From NCBI GenBank assembly GCA_963790025.1, contig CAWBMP010000005.1, positions 128,001 to 192,000 of the forward strand: a stretch of DNA of 64,000 nt, in the 5' to 3' direction. A program made the position numbers and the translations under genes. The stretch comes from Nitrospirota bacterium. GTDB lineage: Bacteria; Nitrospirota; Thermodesulfovibrionia; Thermodesulfovibrionales; Dissulfurispiraceae. This document shows positions 51,703 through 61,469 of this stretch, in pieces (position 1 is the first letter of the stretch; each line of letters begins with the position of its first letter). The notes beneath the pieces were generated by a model. It had not been told where the DNA came from and made no database searches. It was given only the letters and a program-made list of their open reading frames with translations.

Positions 51703-51848
51703 TCCTCCATCCTATAAGCATTTTGTTACTCTATATACTATACTCTATATCGGCTGATTTGCAATTTGAATTGGTTAAACCCAAGTTGGGCGATACTTGG
51801 GTTATAATAATCCAATATGGAGTACAGGAATCCCGGATATGGCCGGAA

Positions 51849-52622
51849 ATGAACCCAATCGATATTTATAAGAAACTTCCAAAGACCAACTGCGGCGACT
51901 GTGTGCAAAAAGCCTGCATGCCTTTTGCCTTTGCACTGCTGAAGGGAGATGCGGACCTTTCGGACTGCACAGGGTTAACGGAAGAAGAAAAAGGCGAGAT
52001 GGCGGCCGTGGTCAGGAAAACCGATTGGCGTGAAGATTTGATTGCAAACCTGAAAGACGAAATAACGAAAATTCGATTTCATGAGGTCTCCGATAATCTC
52101 GGGGCCGAATTCAGAGACGGACATCTCTTTATCAGGTGTTTCGGGAGAGACGTCATAGTCGGTCCCTATGGAGAGATGCAGACGCAGAGCGGCCTTACTC
52201 CGTGGATGAGAATGCTTGTGCTTTTTTACATCAGGAATGGCGGCACGCAGGGCCTTTCCGGCAAATGGGTCTTGCACAGCGAACTGATGGGCGGGTTGAT
52301 GAAATACAAGGCCTTTAAAAGAGAGTGTGAAGGGCCGTTAAAGGAGCTGCTTGACAAGCATTTCAAGAAAGTCTCATTCCGGCTGGATGCTTATGGAGCT
52401 GAACACCCCGGGGGATTCGCGACTCAAAACGCCTGGTTAGTATATGTCTTTCCCAGACTGCCGGTCCTTTTTCTTTATTGGCCTGCTGATGATGAATTTG
52501 AATCGCAAGTCACTATACGCTTCGACTCCACAGCAGACAAATGCTTTGATGTGGAGCAGCTGATTTTCCTGGTAGAAGAAATAGTTAGAGACATGGAAAC
52601 GGCTATTGGAAACACCTTCTAA
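51849..52622 (+). CDS. Fe-S domain plus DUF3786 protein
   Basis: LPKTNCGDC...C..FA N-terminal Fe-S motif; FPRLPV...WPADDEF. Confidence 0.85.
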   Translation: MNPIDIYKKLPKTNCGDCVQKACMPFAFALLKGDADLSDCTGLTEEEKGEMAAVVRKTDWREDLIANLKDEITKIRFHEVSDNLGAEFRDGHLFIRCFGRDVIVGPYGEMQTQSGLTPWMRMLVLFYIRNGGTQGLSGKWVLHSELMGGLMKYKAFKRECEGPLKELLDKHFKKVSFRLDAYGAEHPGGFATQNAWLVYVFPRLPVLFLYWPADDEFESQVTIRFDSTADKCFDVEQLIFLVEEIVRDMETAIGNTF

Positions 52623-53806
52623 TGAAAGAGGTCATGTTCTGTCAGACCGTACAATTGTCTGACATATGCGCTTATTGTCTCAGGCAGGTACCTTCCCCAA
52701 AGCTTGATTGGCACGCGGCCAATATCGACCGAGGAACTGAATCCAACTTCGAACAGGGATTCAACAAGAAACTCCACGTTCTTTGGTAAATAGCCCTTGT
52801 AGCGTTTATTTTCTCTCTGGGCGATTATCCTTTCCTCATGAATACTGTTGCCTAGTTCCGATTCGAACATGTCAGGGAATGTCGAGAGTATCAGCTCTAT
52901 GTTTATCTTCGGCTCTGCATCAGCGAGGAAGGGTTCCAGTCCCTTTTTCAGGTCATCTTCCGGGATTCCGCGGTCCAGGTATTGTTCCCAACTCCGACCG
53001 TCCCTGTATTTTTGACAGACATGTCCGGCATCCCATGTTGTCTCAAGTACCAGGTTGGTGGCCTGATAATTGCCGCTGAATTCTTCCCGTTCGATAACGG
53101 TGATGTCAGGAGTATGCGCCAGGGTCTGTTCCAGTTGTTGCAGTTCGTCCTTGCCGGCCACGATTTTTATCGCCCCAACGTCTTGTATCGCCATGGCGTT
53201 CTTGTCGAACGTTATTCTGCCGTCTTTAAAGCTCCAGGCGATGAATTCCTCGGCATGGATAAATTCTTTTACCATTTCTTCTGCAGGTGTGACCAATCCA
53301 TGGAGAGGGACCCCTGACTGTTTCGCCCTTTCCCCGGCCATCTCCTGGGCCAGTCCAAGTACTTTTTCAAATATCCACTCGGCGATTCTTCGGTTCGCTT
53401 TTTCAGCGATCCTTTTAGGGCGCTTAATTCTGAACAATCCGAGCAGATGGTCCTGTTCATCAAGACACATCACTCCATTTATGGGAGCTTCGCGATAATA
53501 GTAATCGGGGTTTTCCCTATACCGGCTCGCAAGCTCGGCCACCCTTGGAGTTGCATCCCTGTCATCACGGCATATAAGATCGCGAAATTCTCCCTTGAAG
53601 CGAATATTCTTCTGACGGATGGGTTTCTGATAAATCATGCGCAACAGGCGTTTGGCCATAGTCTCCAGGGTTTGACCGATGACGAAGCCGTCACAGATCA
53701 GTATTTCGGAGAGGGCCCGAACGTCGCCCGGTTCAGGGTACCCGCATAACCAGCGCTCGGCGATCTTGAACAAAAATTGCCTGTGTATAAATGAAGTAAG
53801 ATACAC
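52619..53806 (-). CDS. Hypothetical protein with divergent RelA/SpoT synthetase-like motifs
   Basis: RIKRPKRIAEK, IQDVGAIKIV, GNYQATNL and IELILST...ESELGNSIH occur in RSH motif order. Confidence 0.6.
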   Translation of the reverse strand: MYLTSFIHRQFLFKIAERWLCGYPEPGDVRALSEILICDGFVIGQTLETMAKRLLRMIYQKPIRQKNIRFKGEFRDLICRDDRDATPRVAELASRYRENPDYYYREAPINGVMCLDEQDHLLGLFRIKRPKRIAEKANRRIAEWIFEKVLGLAQEMAGERAKQSGVPLHGLVTPAEEMVKEFIHAEEFIAWSFKDGRITFDKNAMAIQDVGAIKIVAGKDELQQLEQTLAHTPDITVIEREEFSGNYQATNLVLETTWDAGHVCQKYRDGRSWEQYLDRGIPEDDLKKGLEPFLADAEPKINIELILSTFPDMFESELGNSIHEERIIAQRENKRYKGYLPKNVEFLVESLFEVGFSSSVDIGRVPIKLWGRYLPETISAYVRQLYGLTEHDLFH

Positions 53807-53893
53807 TTTTTTGTAATTCCCTTTCCCGAAACAAAGAGTCTAATTCAAGCTGGATTATAACAGATTTGGGGTGGCACTGTTATAATATGACTG

Positions 53894-54697
53894 ATGAATA
53901 TGTTCATCATTGATAACGAATTTCTCATACGGCTTGGCTGTTTCCTGGCAGTTTTTTGTTCCATGAGTGTTTGGGAGATGGCGGCCCCCAAGCGTATGCT
54001 GACCGTGTCTAAAAGACTTAGATGGATGAACAACCTTATGATAACCTTTCTTAATTCCATTGCCGTTAGGTTGATCTTCCCAGCCGCAGCTATTGGGATA
54101 GTCAGTATGAGTAACTCTGCGGGATGGGGGATTTTTAACGTCTTACCGGTGCCTGCCTTGCCTGCCGGTCTTCTCTCGCTGGTGCTTCTCGACCTCGCAA
54201 TATATTCCCAGCACGCATTGTTTCATAAGGTGACCTTTTTTTGGCGTGTTCACAGGATGCACCATACGGACTTGGATATTGACGTTACAACGGGGGCCAG
54301 ATTTCATACCATAGAGATATTGCTTTCGATGGGCATAAAGATTGCCGTAATTGTCTTTCTCGGCAGTCCAGTGTGGTCTGTTCTGGCCTTTGAGGTCCTG
54401 CTCAACGCCACTTCCATGTTCAATCACAGCAATATCAGCATACCTGTCAATATCGACTCAATTTTGAGAAAAATAGTAGTGACTCCTGATATGCACAGGG
54501 TCCATCACTCCATTGTAATCCAGGAAACAAACAGTAACTTCGGTTTCAATTTTCCATGGTGGGACAGGCTTTTTGGAACTTATCGAGACCAGCCGCTGGC
54601 AGGGCATATGGCGATGGTTATAGGTTTGACGAACTTCAGGGATGCCAAATATCTGACTTTGCCATGGATGCTTGTTGTTCCCTTTCTTGGAATGTGA
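53894..54697 (+). CDS. Sterol desaturase / fatty acid hydroxylase family protein
   Basis: His boxes HALFH, HRMHH, FNHSN, HRVHH; NFG...WDRLFGTY. Confidence 0.92.
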   Translation: MNMFIIDNEFLIRLGCFLAVFCSMSVWEMAAPKRMLTVSKRLRWMNNLMITFLNSIAVRLIFPAAAIGIVSMSNSAGWGIFNVLPVPALPAGLLSLVLLDLAIYSQHALFHKVTFFWRVHRMHHTDLDIDVTTGARFHTIEILLSMGIKIAVIVFLGSPVWSVLAFEVLLNATSMFNHSNISIPVNIDSILRKIVVTPDMHRVHHSIVIQETNSNFGFNFPWWDRLFGTYRDQPLAGHMAMVIGLTNFRDAKYLTLPWMLVVPFLGM

Positions 54698-54707
54698 AAG
54701 TGACGGT

Positions 54708-54795
54708 GCTGAAAGCTAAGAGCTGAGAGTTTAGAGGCCGGAGCTAAAAATAAGTAAGCTATTCTTTCGCTCTTGGCTCTTGACTCTCAGCTCTT
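54708..54795. repeat. Heptamer-repeat hairpin (GCTGAGA/TCTCAGC family)
   Basis: gctgaaa gctaaga gctgaga gtttaga ... tcttggc tcttgac tctcagc, between convergent genes. Confidence 0.75.
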
Positions 54796-54823
54796 ATTAA
54801 AACACCGCTCGCCATGCGTACAG

Positions 54824-55378
54824 TTAATACCCGGGAGTTGGCCGCGGAGTCGGGTAGAGCGGCGGTTCGGAGCGGAGATCAGGAGGCGGAGGCGGAGGCA
54901 TCGTTCTCCGCATACTAGGAGCCGGGGCCGCTACTCCGGGGACCTGGTTCCCCTTGGCATACATGCACTGCATATAAGCGTTATCGTACCTGCGCTGCGC
55001 ATCCCTGCCATACGCTTCACCAGAACTTGCGCCTGCGGCTGTTCCGACAAGAAGTCCACTGCCGGCGCCGATGGCCGCTCCAGTGCCGGCATTACCCGAT
55101 GCTGCGCCGATTGCTGCACCGAGGCCTGCTCCTATGAGCGTACCCGCGACGGCCCCTGCGGCAGTATTACTATTGGCCGTTTCCTGAGGAGACTTGCCGA
55201 TCTGCTGTGCCGCCCACTGCTTACACATTACGTCATCAACCTGAAATTGATCAAAGGACTTTCCAGTGCCTGGCAGCACCATTACGCTTGGACCCGTTGG
55301 AACGGTCGCACATCCGACCAGCGTGAGCATCACCAGCCACACCAGAGATGAAAAGATGTTGTTTCTGCGTTTAATCAT
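54824..55378 (-). CDS. Glycine-zipper lipoprotein
   Basis: Lipobox LVGC, PTGPSVMVLPG, GAxxGA zipper, QCMYAKG. Confidence 0.85.
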   Translation of the reverse strand: MIKRRNNIFSSLVWLVMLTLVGCATVPTGPSVMVLPGTGKSFDQFQVDDVMCKQWAAQQIGKSPQETANSNTAAGAVAGTLIGAGLGAAIGAASGNAGTGAAIGAGSGLLVGTAAGASSGEAYGRDAQRRYDNAYMQCMYAKGNQVPGVAAPAPSMRRTMPPPPPPDLRSEPPLYPTPRPTPGY

Positions 55379-55382
55379 ATTA

Positions 55383-55805
55383 TCACCGCCTTTCGTCCTG
55401 TCGTCCCGTAGGAGGCATACCCTGCATCCCTTCGTCAGGTGGGGCCGAAGGTGGTATGACCTTCTTCCAGCCGCCAGGACACTGTTTTATGTATGGATAG
55501 TAGCCTTCTGGCTTCGTGCAGAAATACCAGTAGTTCTGTTCCTCCGGTTGCGGGGCAGGCTGCACATATACCGGGGGTTGCTGTTGGATAACCACGGGCG
55601 GGGCCGGATAGTACGGATCATAATAATACGGGTATGGCGTAGGCCCCCACCACGGACCCCATCCCGGACCCCAGCCCCATCCCGGACCAATCCAGACTCC
55701 CCCTCTAAAAACGAATCTCTCGTGTGCATATCCTGGCACAGTAGTGGCTAAGAGAAGTGTGAAGATAGAAAGAGTAAGGACGAGAAGAATAACAATCTTT
55801 TTCAT
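55383..55805 (-). CDS. Secreted Pro/Trp/Gly-rich protein
   Basis: MKKIV signal peptide, GPGWGWGPGWGPWW, WYFC...GYYPYIKQCPGGW; AGGAGG RBS. Confidence 0.8.
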   Translation of the reverse strand: MKKIVILLVLTLSIFTLLLATTVPGYAHERFVFRGGVWIGPGWGWGPGWGPWWGPTPYPYYYDPYYPAPPVVIQQQPPVYVQPAPQPEEQNYWYFCTKPEGYYPYIKQCPGGWKKVIPPSAPPDEGMQGMPPTGRQDERR

Positions 55806-55968
55806 TTCCAGCCTCCTTTCCGTTAACCTGGCTGCATTCTCATTTCTGCGTGAACGCATTTAAATTTATGCCCCTTTACTAGTATTGTAGTCGAAAAAGC
55901 CATTCGGAAGGTTACAATAAAATCGTCGCGGTAAATTTCCAATTGATATAATGAGTTGTAAGAGACCC

Positions 55969-57948
55969 CTAAGAGATAGTCCTGTCCTTGCCCAGGCTCT
56001 TTGCCTTGTAGAGGGCATTGTCCGCGCATCTGATGATCTCTTCTTTCGTGGGGCCGCATTCAGGATATGTCGCTATGCCGCTGGATACAGTCAAACGTTT
56101 TTTGGGACATCTTTTCCATGCCGGTTTGATATTGCTTTTGATGTTTTCCCTGATCCTTTCCGAAACGCTGAGAGCCTCCGCCTCTGAAGTCTGGGGCATT
56201 ATGATCGTAAACTCCTCTCCGCCGAACCTGGCGAGGATATCATGGGATCTTATCGCGGCGGTCATGATGTATGCTACCTCTTTCAGTATGCCGTCTCCGG
56301 CTATGTGACCCTCTGTGTCGTTGAAAAGCTTGAAGTCGTCGATGTCCATGATCGCAAGTGAAAGAATAAGATTATATCTCTTGGCCCTCAGATATTCCTC
56401 TTCGAGCCGTATGTCGAAGTATCTCCTGTTAAAAAGGCCTGTGAGCGAATCGGTCATCGATAATTTCTTCATTTCCTCCAGCGAGTCGTGGTAGATGCCG
56501 AGTTTTAGAAGGGCCGATGCCTGCAGTATAAAAGGGGACAGCATGGAAACGTCAGTTTGCGCAAAAGATATTCCTGACCGTTTATCACTCAGGTTCAGGA
56601 CCCCGATAATCTCGTCGGCCACCTTCAACGGCATACTCAGCGACGATGAAGTCTTATAATGAGACCGGGGGGTGTTCCCATAATTCTTCAAATCCTTCTC
56701 ACCGGTAATCAGCACAGGCAGACCTTGCTCATATACTTTTCCGGAAATGCCTTCGCCTCGCCGCACCCTCACGTTTTCCATAAGAGCCATGTTGATTCCC
56801 CTGGCCGACTGGACCTCCAGCATACCGTTGCCGTCCGACATCATCAGGGAACATTTTTCGGCGTCGGCCAGGGACGATGCTTCGCTCACAATGCCTTCGT
56901 AAAGGAGTCGGGGTTCCCGATAAAGTGAATAAAGAGAGGACGCATGTATCGAATGCACATTTAACCAGCCGGATGCCGCTTCCAACTCTTCTTTTTTCCT
57001 TCTTATCCTGCAAAGATAAGCTGCGAGTCTGCATAAATCTGTTATGGATTTGCAGGTTTCATCGTCGAGCGATGAGTTGAAGATGGCCAAAATACCAAGC
57101 AGGCCGGCATCAGAGGTGAAAGGGAACATAGTCAGCAGATTTATATCTTCCGGAAATCCGGCCTGCAAAAGTTCATGGCTGTCAAACGCCAAAACAGAAG
57201 TTTCCGCAACTTTAGCTATCAATCTATTGTCGTCTGAAATCCTCAGGTCCTGGATCAATCGTTTTTTTCTGCCTTCGAGGACCTCGGGAAGATATTCACC
57301 ATCTTTCTTGACCAGAATTGTTGCAGTGTCTATTTCGAACAGAAAAATAATGGCATCAATCACAATCTGGTAAATGTTGTGCACCGAATAATCGGAATCT
57401 ATATCGGACATGATGCTTATTATCGTCTTTGCTTGCCGATAACGTTTATTCAGGTTTTGATTCTTGGATTCTGAAGTTATCAGGGTTTGAAGGACAGACC
57501 TGACATTTTCCAAAACAGGTATAATCTCCTCATATGAATAAATGGGGATATCTTTAAGCCATTCCTCTTCAGTTCTTTCCGCTACTCCCAGGGCCTGACC
57601 GCGACTGCTGAAGTAGAATCTTTTGAAATCCTCCGCTGATGCATAGAACCCTTCAGCGAGGACTATCATAGCCTGTCCTTCGCAATGCAGAGGGATGAAT
57701 GCATGATGCTGACCCGTAAGGCCTTCAACAAAGAAAGGTTGATATCTTTCAAGGGCGATTTTAAGCTGTCCGACAATGAACTCTTCATAAAGCTCCTGAA
57801 TTTTGCTGTCGGACTTGATGATGGATAAGAGTCTGTCATGGTTCGACGACGACACAATCGAACGCTGTTTGTCGTCGTAAAGGGTACAGTGCATTTTTGT
57901 CAGACCTGAAAGGGCGTCGAGCGCTTTTTTTAACGAATAATCAAACAT
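55969..57948 (-). CDS. Sensor diguanylate cyclase (PocR-like, GAF domains, GGDEF)
   Basis: GAF motifs (GEGISGKV, SMPLKVADEIIGVLNL), DIDDFKLFND, RSHD I-site, RFGGEEF. Confidence 0.9.
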   Translation of the reverse strand: MFDYSLKKALDALSGLTKMHCTLYDDKQRSIVSSSNHDRLLSIIKSDSKIQELYEEFIVGQLKIALERYQPFFVEGLTGQHHAFIPLHCEGQAMIVLAEGFYASAEDFKRFYFSSRGQALGVAERTEEEWLKDIPIYSYEEIIPVLENVRSVLQTLITSESKNQNLNKRYRQAKTIISIMSDIDSDYSVHNIYQIVIDAIIFLFEIDTATILVKKDGEYLPEVLEGRKKRLIQDLRISDDNRLIAKVAETSVLAFDSHELLQAGFPEDINLLTMFPFTSDAGLLGILAIFNSSLDDETCKSITDLCRLAAYLCRIRRKKEELEAASGWLNVHSIHASSLYSLYREPRLLYEGIVSEASSLADAEKCSLMMSDGNGMLEVQSARGINMALMENVRVRRGEGISGKVYEQGLPVLITGEKDLKNYGNTPRSHYKTSSSLSMPLKVADEIIGVLNLSDKRSGISFAQTDVSMLSPFILQASALLKLGIYHDSLEEMKKLSMTDSLTGLFNRRYFDIRLEEEYLRAKRYNLILSLAIMDIDDFKLFNDTEGHIAGDGILKEVAYIMTAAIRSHDILARFGGEEFTIIMPQTSEAEALSVSERIRENIKSNIKPAWKRCPKKRLTVSSGIATYPECGPTKEEIIRCADNALYKAKSLGKDRTIS

Positions 57949-58120
57949 AGTATTCTGCGCTTACGCTGTCAGGATAGGAAAAGTGCTGCATAATAAAGAT
58001 CAAACCCCCGTACAAACCCTGTTACAGTCAAGCTAAATTATACATAAAATCAAAATGGAAATGCATATATAATTTCGTTATCGACTTCATTAACATTGAA
58101 AACAGCGTGGACCCATGGAA

Positions 58121-58338
58121 CTTGTTGATTTTTAAGAGATTCAGGACCTTTGTAAGTTCATAGAGCTTGAAGAGTATTTTCATAAGCTCCTTAGGAAAAA
58201 GGTCGACCTCATTGACAAGCAGGGGATTCGCCCGGAACTTAAAGACCGCATTCTCAAAGAAGTCGTCTACATATGACACTGGATTACAGCCTGTACGTAA
58301 AAGACATTCTTGGGCCGATCCTTAGCACGCCCTTGTGA
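58121..58338 (+). pseudogene. Remnant MNT nucleotidyltransferase and HEPN (DUF86) pair
   Basis: LVDF*EIQDLCKFIELEEYFHKLLRKKVDL...IRPELKDRILKEVVYI* overlaps (ATGA) MTLDYSLYVKDIL, which then breaks off. Confidence 0.7.
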
Positions 58339-58341
58339 AAC

Positions 58342-58362
58342 TATACGCCACTGACGTATAAT
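58342..58362 (+). promoter_or_regulatory. TA operator palindrome overlapping a -10 box
   Basis: TATACG-CCACTGA-CGTATA overlapping TATAAT (58357-58362). Confidence 0.6.
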
Positions 58363-58368
58363 GGTTAT

Positions 58369-58567
58369 ATGGTAATTATAGAGACCCCGATATTCACAAA
58401 AAGGCTACAGGGCATTTTTACTGACGAGGAATACAGGACTTTGCAAATCGACTTGATTGGCAGGCCAAATGCAGGAGCAATAATACCTCGTAGCGGAGGA
58501 CTGAGAAAGCTTCAAGGATGAGCAACTTAAACAATTAAAAAGGATTGTTGAAGGAGAATACAAATGA
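58369..58567 (+). pseudogene. RelE/HigB-family toxin pseudogene
   Basis: MVIIETPIFTKRLQGIL / frameshift / TDEEYRTLQIDLIGRPNAGAIIPRSGGLRKL / internal deletion / KDEQLKQLKRIVEGEYK*. Confidence 0.8.
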
Positions 58568-58875
58568 AAAAAGAGCTGTTTGATGAGCTTTTGGAAAGCG
58601 TAAAGCAAGGGGCGGCAATTGTAAAAGGGACTTTAAAGCCTTCTCGCACATTCAAATTCCCCGAATCGGAGGTCCGGAAAATAAGAAATCAATACGGCCT
58701 GTCTCAAGATAAGTTTGCTGCTCTCATGGGAATAAGCGTTGCTACGCTTCGCAACTGGGAACAAGGACGCAGGAAACCGGAAGGCCCGGCAAGGATACTT
58801 CTAAGCGTTGCTTCAAAGCACCCGGATGCCTTGCTCGACGTTGTCCATAAGAGGAGAACGAGGAAGACAGCATGA
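58564..58875 (+). CDS. HigA/NadS-like XRE HTH antitoxin
   Basis: LFDELLESVKQ, LSQDKFAALMGISVATLRNWEQGRRKPEGPARILL. Confidence 0.9.
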   Translation: MKKELFDELLESVKQGAAIVKGTLKPSRTFKFPESEVRKIRNQYGLSQDKFAALMGISVATLRNWEQGRRKPEGPARILLSVASKHPDALLDVVHKRRTRKTA

Positions 58876-59061
58876 GTACATATTGCAGCGATTTTGACGA
58901 TTTTCTCAGGTGATAGGATATACTTGCCCTGGCTCAGGCTGTTGAAAAACTTACTCCAGAATCGGGCTTAAGAATTGACACCTACTGCTTCGCCATAATA
59001 CACTTGCGGATTTCGGTTAATAACATACATCTTGGAGGTACAGTTCAACCCTGAAAACTAA

Positions 59062-59898
59062 TCAGGAGGATTGATTGATAAGTCGAACTACCTGTCTATG
59101 GCCTGGGATCTCGATCTTCTTCTCCTGAAAGCTTTCAAGCAGTGACTGATAGACCTCGGTCTGCGCCACAAAAAAATCATCGACGCTCACCCAGGGTTGG
59201 ATAGATAAGGTGATGAATGAATCACCCAGGGATGCAATCCCGAAACCGGGAACAGGCTCTTTGAGTATACGAGGGTTCTCTTTCAATACATTGTCGACCA
59301 ACGAACGGGCAAGGTTAAGGTCTGTGCCATAGGCTACGCCAACAGACAGATCAAGCTGCCGGATCTTGCCGTAATTATGCAGTATCTCTCCTACGATTTT
59401 GCGGTTAGGCACGATTACACGAGAATTATCCGCATGTAGCAAGGTGGTAGAAAATAGTGCAATATCAGTCACCTGTCCGTATACCCTGAGCACCTCAATG
59501 TATTCGCCAACAGTGAATGGTTTTGTGAAAATGATGGTTAATCCAGCAACGAGATTGCCGAGCAGCCCCTGCATTGCAAGACTCGCTCCGACACCTGCTA
59601 CCCCGATCCCTGCTATAAGCGGTGTAATCTGTATCCCCATCTGGCCAAGCGCCATGATTCCAATAAAGGCAATGATAAGGAGTTTAATCACCCTTACGAT
59701 GAGAGTGCTGACCGGCTCGTCAAATGCCTTTTTTCTCAGCCAGCGCTCCACGATATTACCGATCCACCGGGCAATAAGCACACCAATCCCCATAAGGACA
59801 ATGGCGGTGAGAATTTGAATACCGTGCTCCACAAAATAGAGAATTATCTTCTCCGCTACGTCCGGTGATTTCAGGCCTGATGCTGATTGATTTGTCAT
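59062..59898 (-). CDS. mscS: Small-conductance mechanosensitive channel
   Basis: Three TM helices, GIGVAGVG, KPFTVGEYI, VPN, VGVAYG; GAGG before ATG 59898. Confidence 0.92.
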   Translation of the reverse strand: MTNQSASGLKSPDVAEKIILYFVEHGIQILTAIVLMGIGVLIARWIGNIVERWLRKKAFDEPVSTLIVRVIKLLIIAFIGIMALGQMGIQITPLIAGIGVAGVGASLAMQGLLGNLVAGLTIIFTKPFTVGEYIEVLRVYGQVTDIALFSTTLLHADNSRVIVPNRKIVGEILHNYGKIRQLDLSVGVAYGTDLNLARSLVDNVLKENPRILKEPVPGFGIASLGDSFITLSIQPWVSVDDFFVAQTEVYQSLLESFQEKKIEIPGHRQVVRLINQSS

Positions 59899-60021
59899 GG
59901 TTCTCCGCCTCTCGAAAAAAGAATAGCATAGGAGGGTTGAATTTACAACACAACAATTTTTGCTTGTCAATTTTTGTTGTCAAAAAACTTTAGGGCAGTT
60001 ACCTGATGATCCGTTTTTAAA

Positions 60022-60050
60022 TTGACAAACATAGAGGTATATGGTATCAA
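60022..60050 (+). promoter_or_regulatory. sigma70-type promoter of mscL
   Basis: TTGACA-17 nt-TATCAA with a TG extension. Confidence 0.5.
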
Positions 60051-60099
60051 TTTAGTGAACATTCAGCCAATAAGGAAATTAAAATAAAAGGGGTAAGAT

Positions 60100-60555
60100 A
60101 TGTTAAAAGAGTTCAAAGAATTTGCCCTGCGCGGCAATGTAGTTGATATGGCTGTTGGAATTATTATCGGTGCATCTTTTAGTACAATTGTCACTTCGCT
60201 GGTATCCGATATTCTTATGCCCCCCATAGGTATTCTCATAGGTAATGTTGATTTTTCGAGCTTCTTTATTGTTCTCAAAGAAGGTAAGATTCTTGGCCCT
60301 TATGTTTCACCTTCTGCAGCGAAGGCAGCCGGGGCGGTTACGATCAACTATGGTATGTTCGTGAATACTATTATCAGCTTTTTAATCGTGGCCTTTGCAG
60401 TCTTTCTTCTGGTTCGCAGTATCAACAAGCTCAAAAGACAGGAACAAGCTTCACCAGCAGTTATAAGAACTAAGGAATGCCCCTATTGCCTGTCTGTTAT
60501 CCCTATTAAGGCCATTCGTTGTGCTCAATGTACCTCTGAGCTGAAGGAATCATGA
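60100..60555 (+). CDS. mscL: Large-conductance mechanosensitive channel with C-terminal zinc ribbon
   Basis: [26 protein letters not shown]; tail ECPYC...RCAQC. Confidence 0.94.
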   Translation: MLKEFKEFALRGNVVDMAVGIIIGASFSTIVTSLVSDILMPPIGILIGNVDFSSFFIVLKEGKILGPYVSPSAAKAAGAVTINYGMFVNTIISFLIVAFAVFLLVRSINKLKRQEQASPAVIRTKECPYCLSVIPIKAIRCAQCTSELKES

Positions 60556-60612
60556 AATTATTGAGATGATGAGAAGAGACCTGTGAATAGTTTTTTTGTT
60601 AAGGAGAAAAAT

Positions 60613-61332
60613 ATGAAAAAGCCGGTCTATTTTATTATTGTGGCAGTTATTTTATGTACATCGACTCTAACGCATGCGGGGTTCTTTGATGACGTAATGA
60701 AAGGTGTTGGCACTTCATCTAAAGGTATATCTGATGACAGCACGATAGCCTCAGGGCTTAAGGAAGCCTTATCTATAGGGACACAAAAAGCAGTAAATAA
60801 CGTTTCGCAGGTAAATGGATATTTCGGCAATCAGCTAATCAAAATTCTCATGCCTGACAAAATTCAGCAAGTCGCAGGAGTTCTAAGAAAGGCTGGCTAC
60901 CAGAAAGAGGTTGATGATTTTGTGCTCAGCATGAATCGGGCAGCAGAAAAGGCAGCGCCCCAGGCGACGTCCTTCTTTGTTGATGCAATAAAAGAAATGA
61001 CCTTTGATGATGCAAAAGGTATTCTTAACGGGGGGGACACTGCTGCAACAGATTTCTTCAAGAAAAAAACGAATGATAAGATTTATAACGCATTCAAACC
61101 CATTATTTCATCGAGCATGGATGAAGTCGGCGTAACACATTCATACAAAGCGATGATGGGAAAATATGAATCTATTCCTTTCATGAGCAAAGAATCGGTG
61201 GACCTCGACCACTATGTAACAACCAAAGCCATGGATGGTCTTTTTTCCATGGTTGGCCAGGAGGAAAAGAAGATCAGAACTGATCCGTCAGCGCGGGTGA
61301 CGGACTTATTGAAAAGCGTGTTCGGGAAATAG
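60613..61332 (+). CDS. DUF4197 family exported protein
   Basis: [32 protein letters not shown]. Confidence 0.9.
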   Translation: MKKPVYFIIVAVILCTSTLTHAGFFDDVMKGVGTSSKGISDDSTIASGLKEALSIGTQKAVNNVSQVNGYFGNQLIKILMPDKIQQVAGVLRKAGYQKEVDDFVLSMNRAAEKAAPQATSFFVDAIKEMTFDDAKGILNGGDTAATDFFKKKTNDKIYNAFKPIISSSMDEVGVTHSYKAMMGKYESIPFMSKESVDLDHYVTTKAMDGLFSMVGQEEKKIRTDPSARVTDLLKSVFGK

Positions 61333-61469
61333 CTGCAAGCCCTTCTTAAAGAGACTGGACTTTCAGCAAGTCTTCATTCCAACTGGTAGCGCAGAAATGA
61401 GGATTTGCAGAATAGTTCATTAATTTACGGATAGTGTATAATGCAAATAATTCCATGCGGAGGTGCGTT

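Noticed and set aside
58001..58027. CAAACCC direct repeat upstream of the GGDEF gene as a c-di-GMP riboswitch
   Set aside because: The GEMM stems and tetraloop/receptor were not found on either strand.
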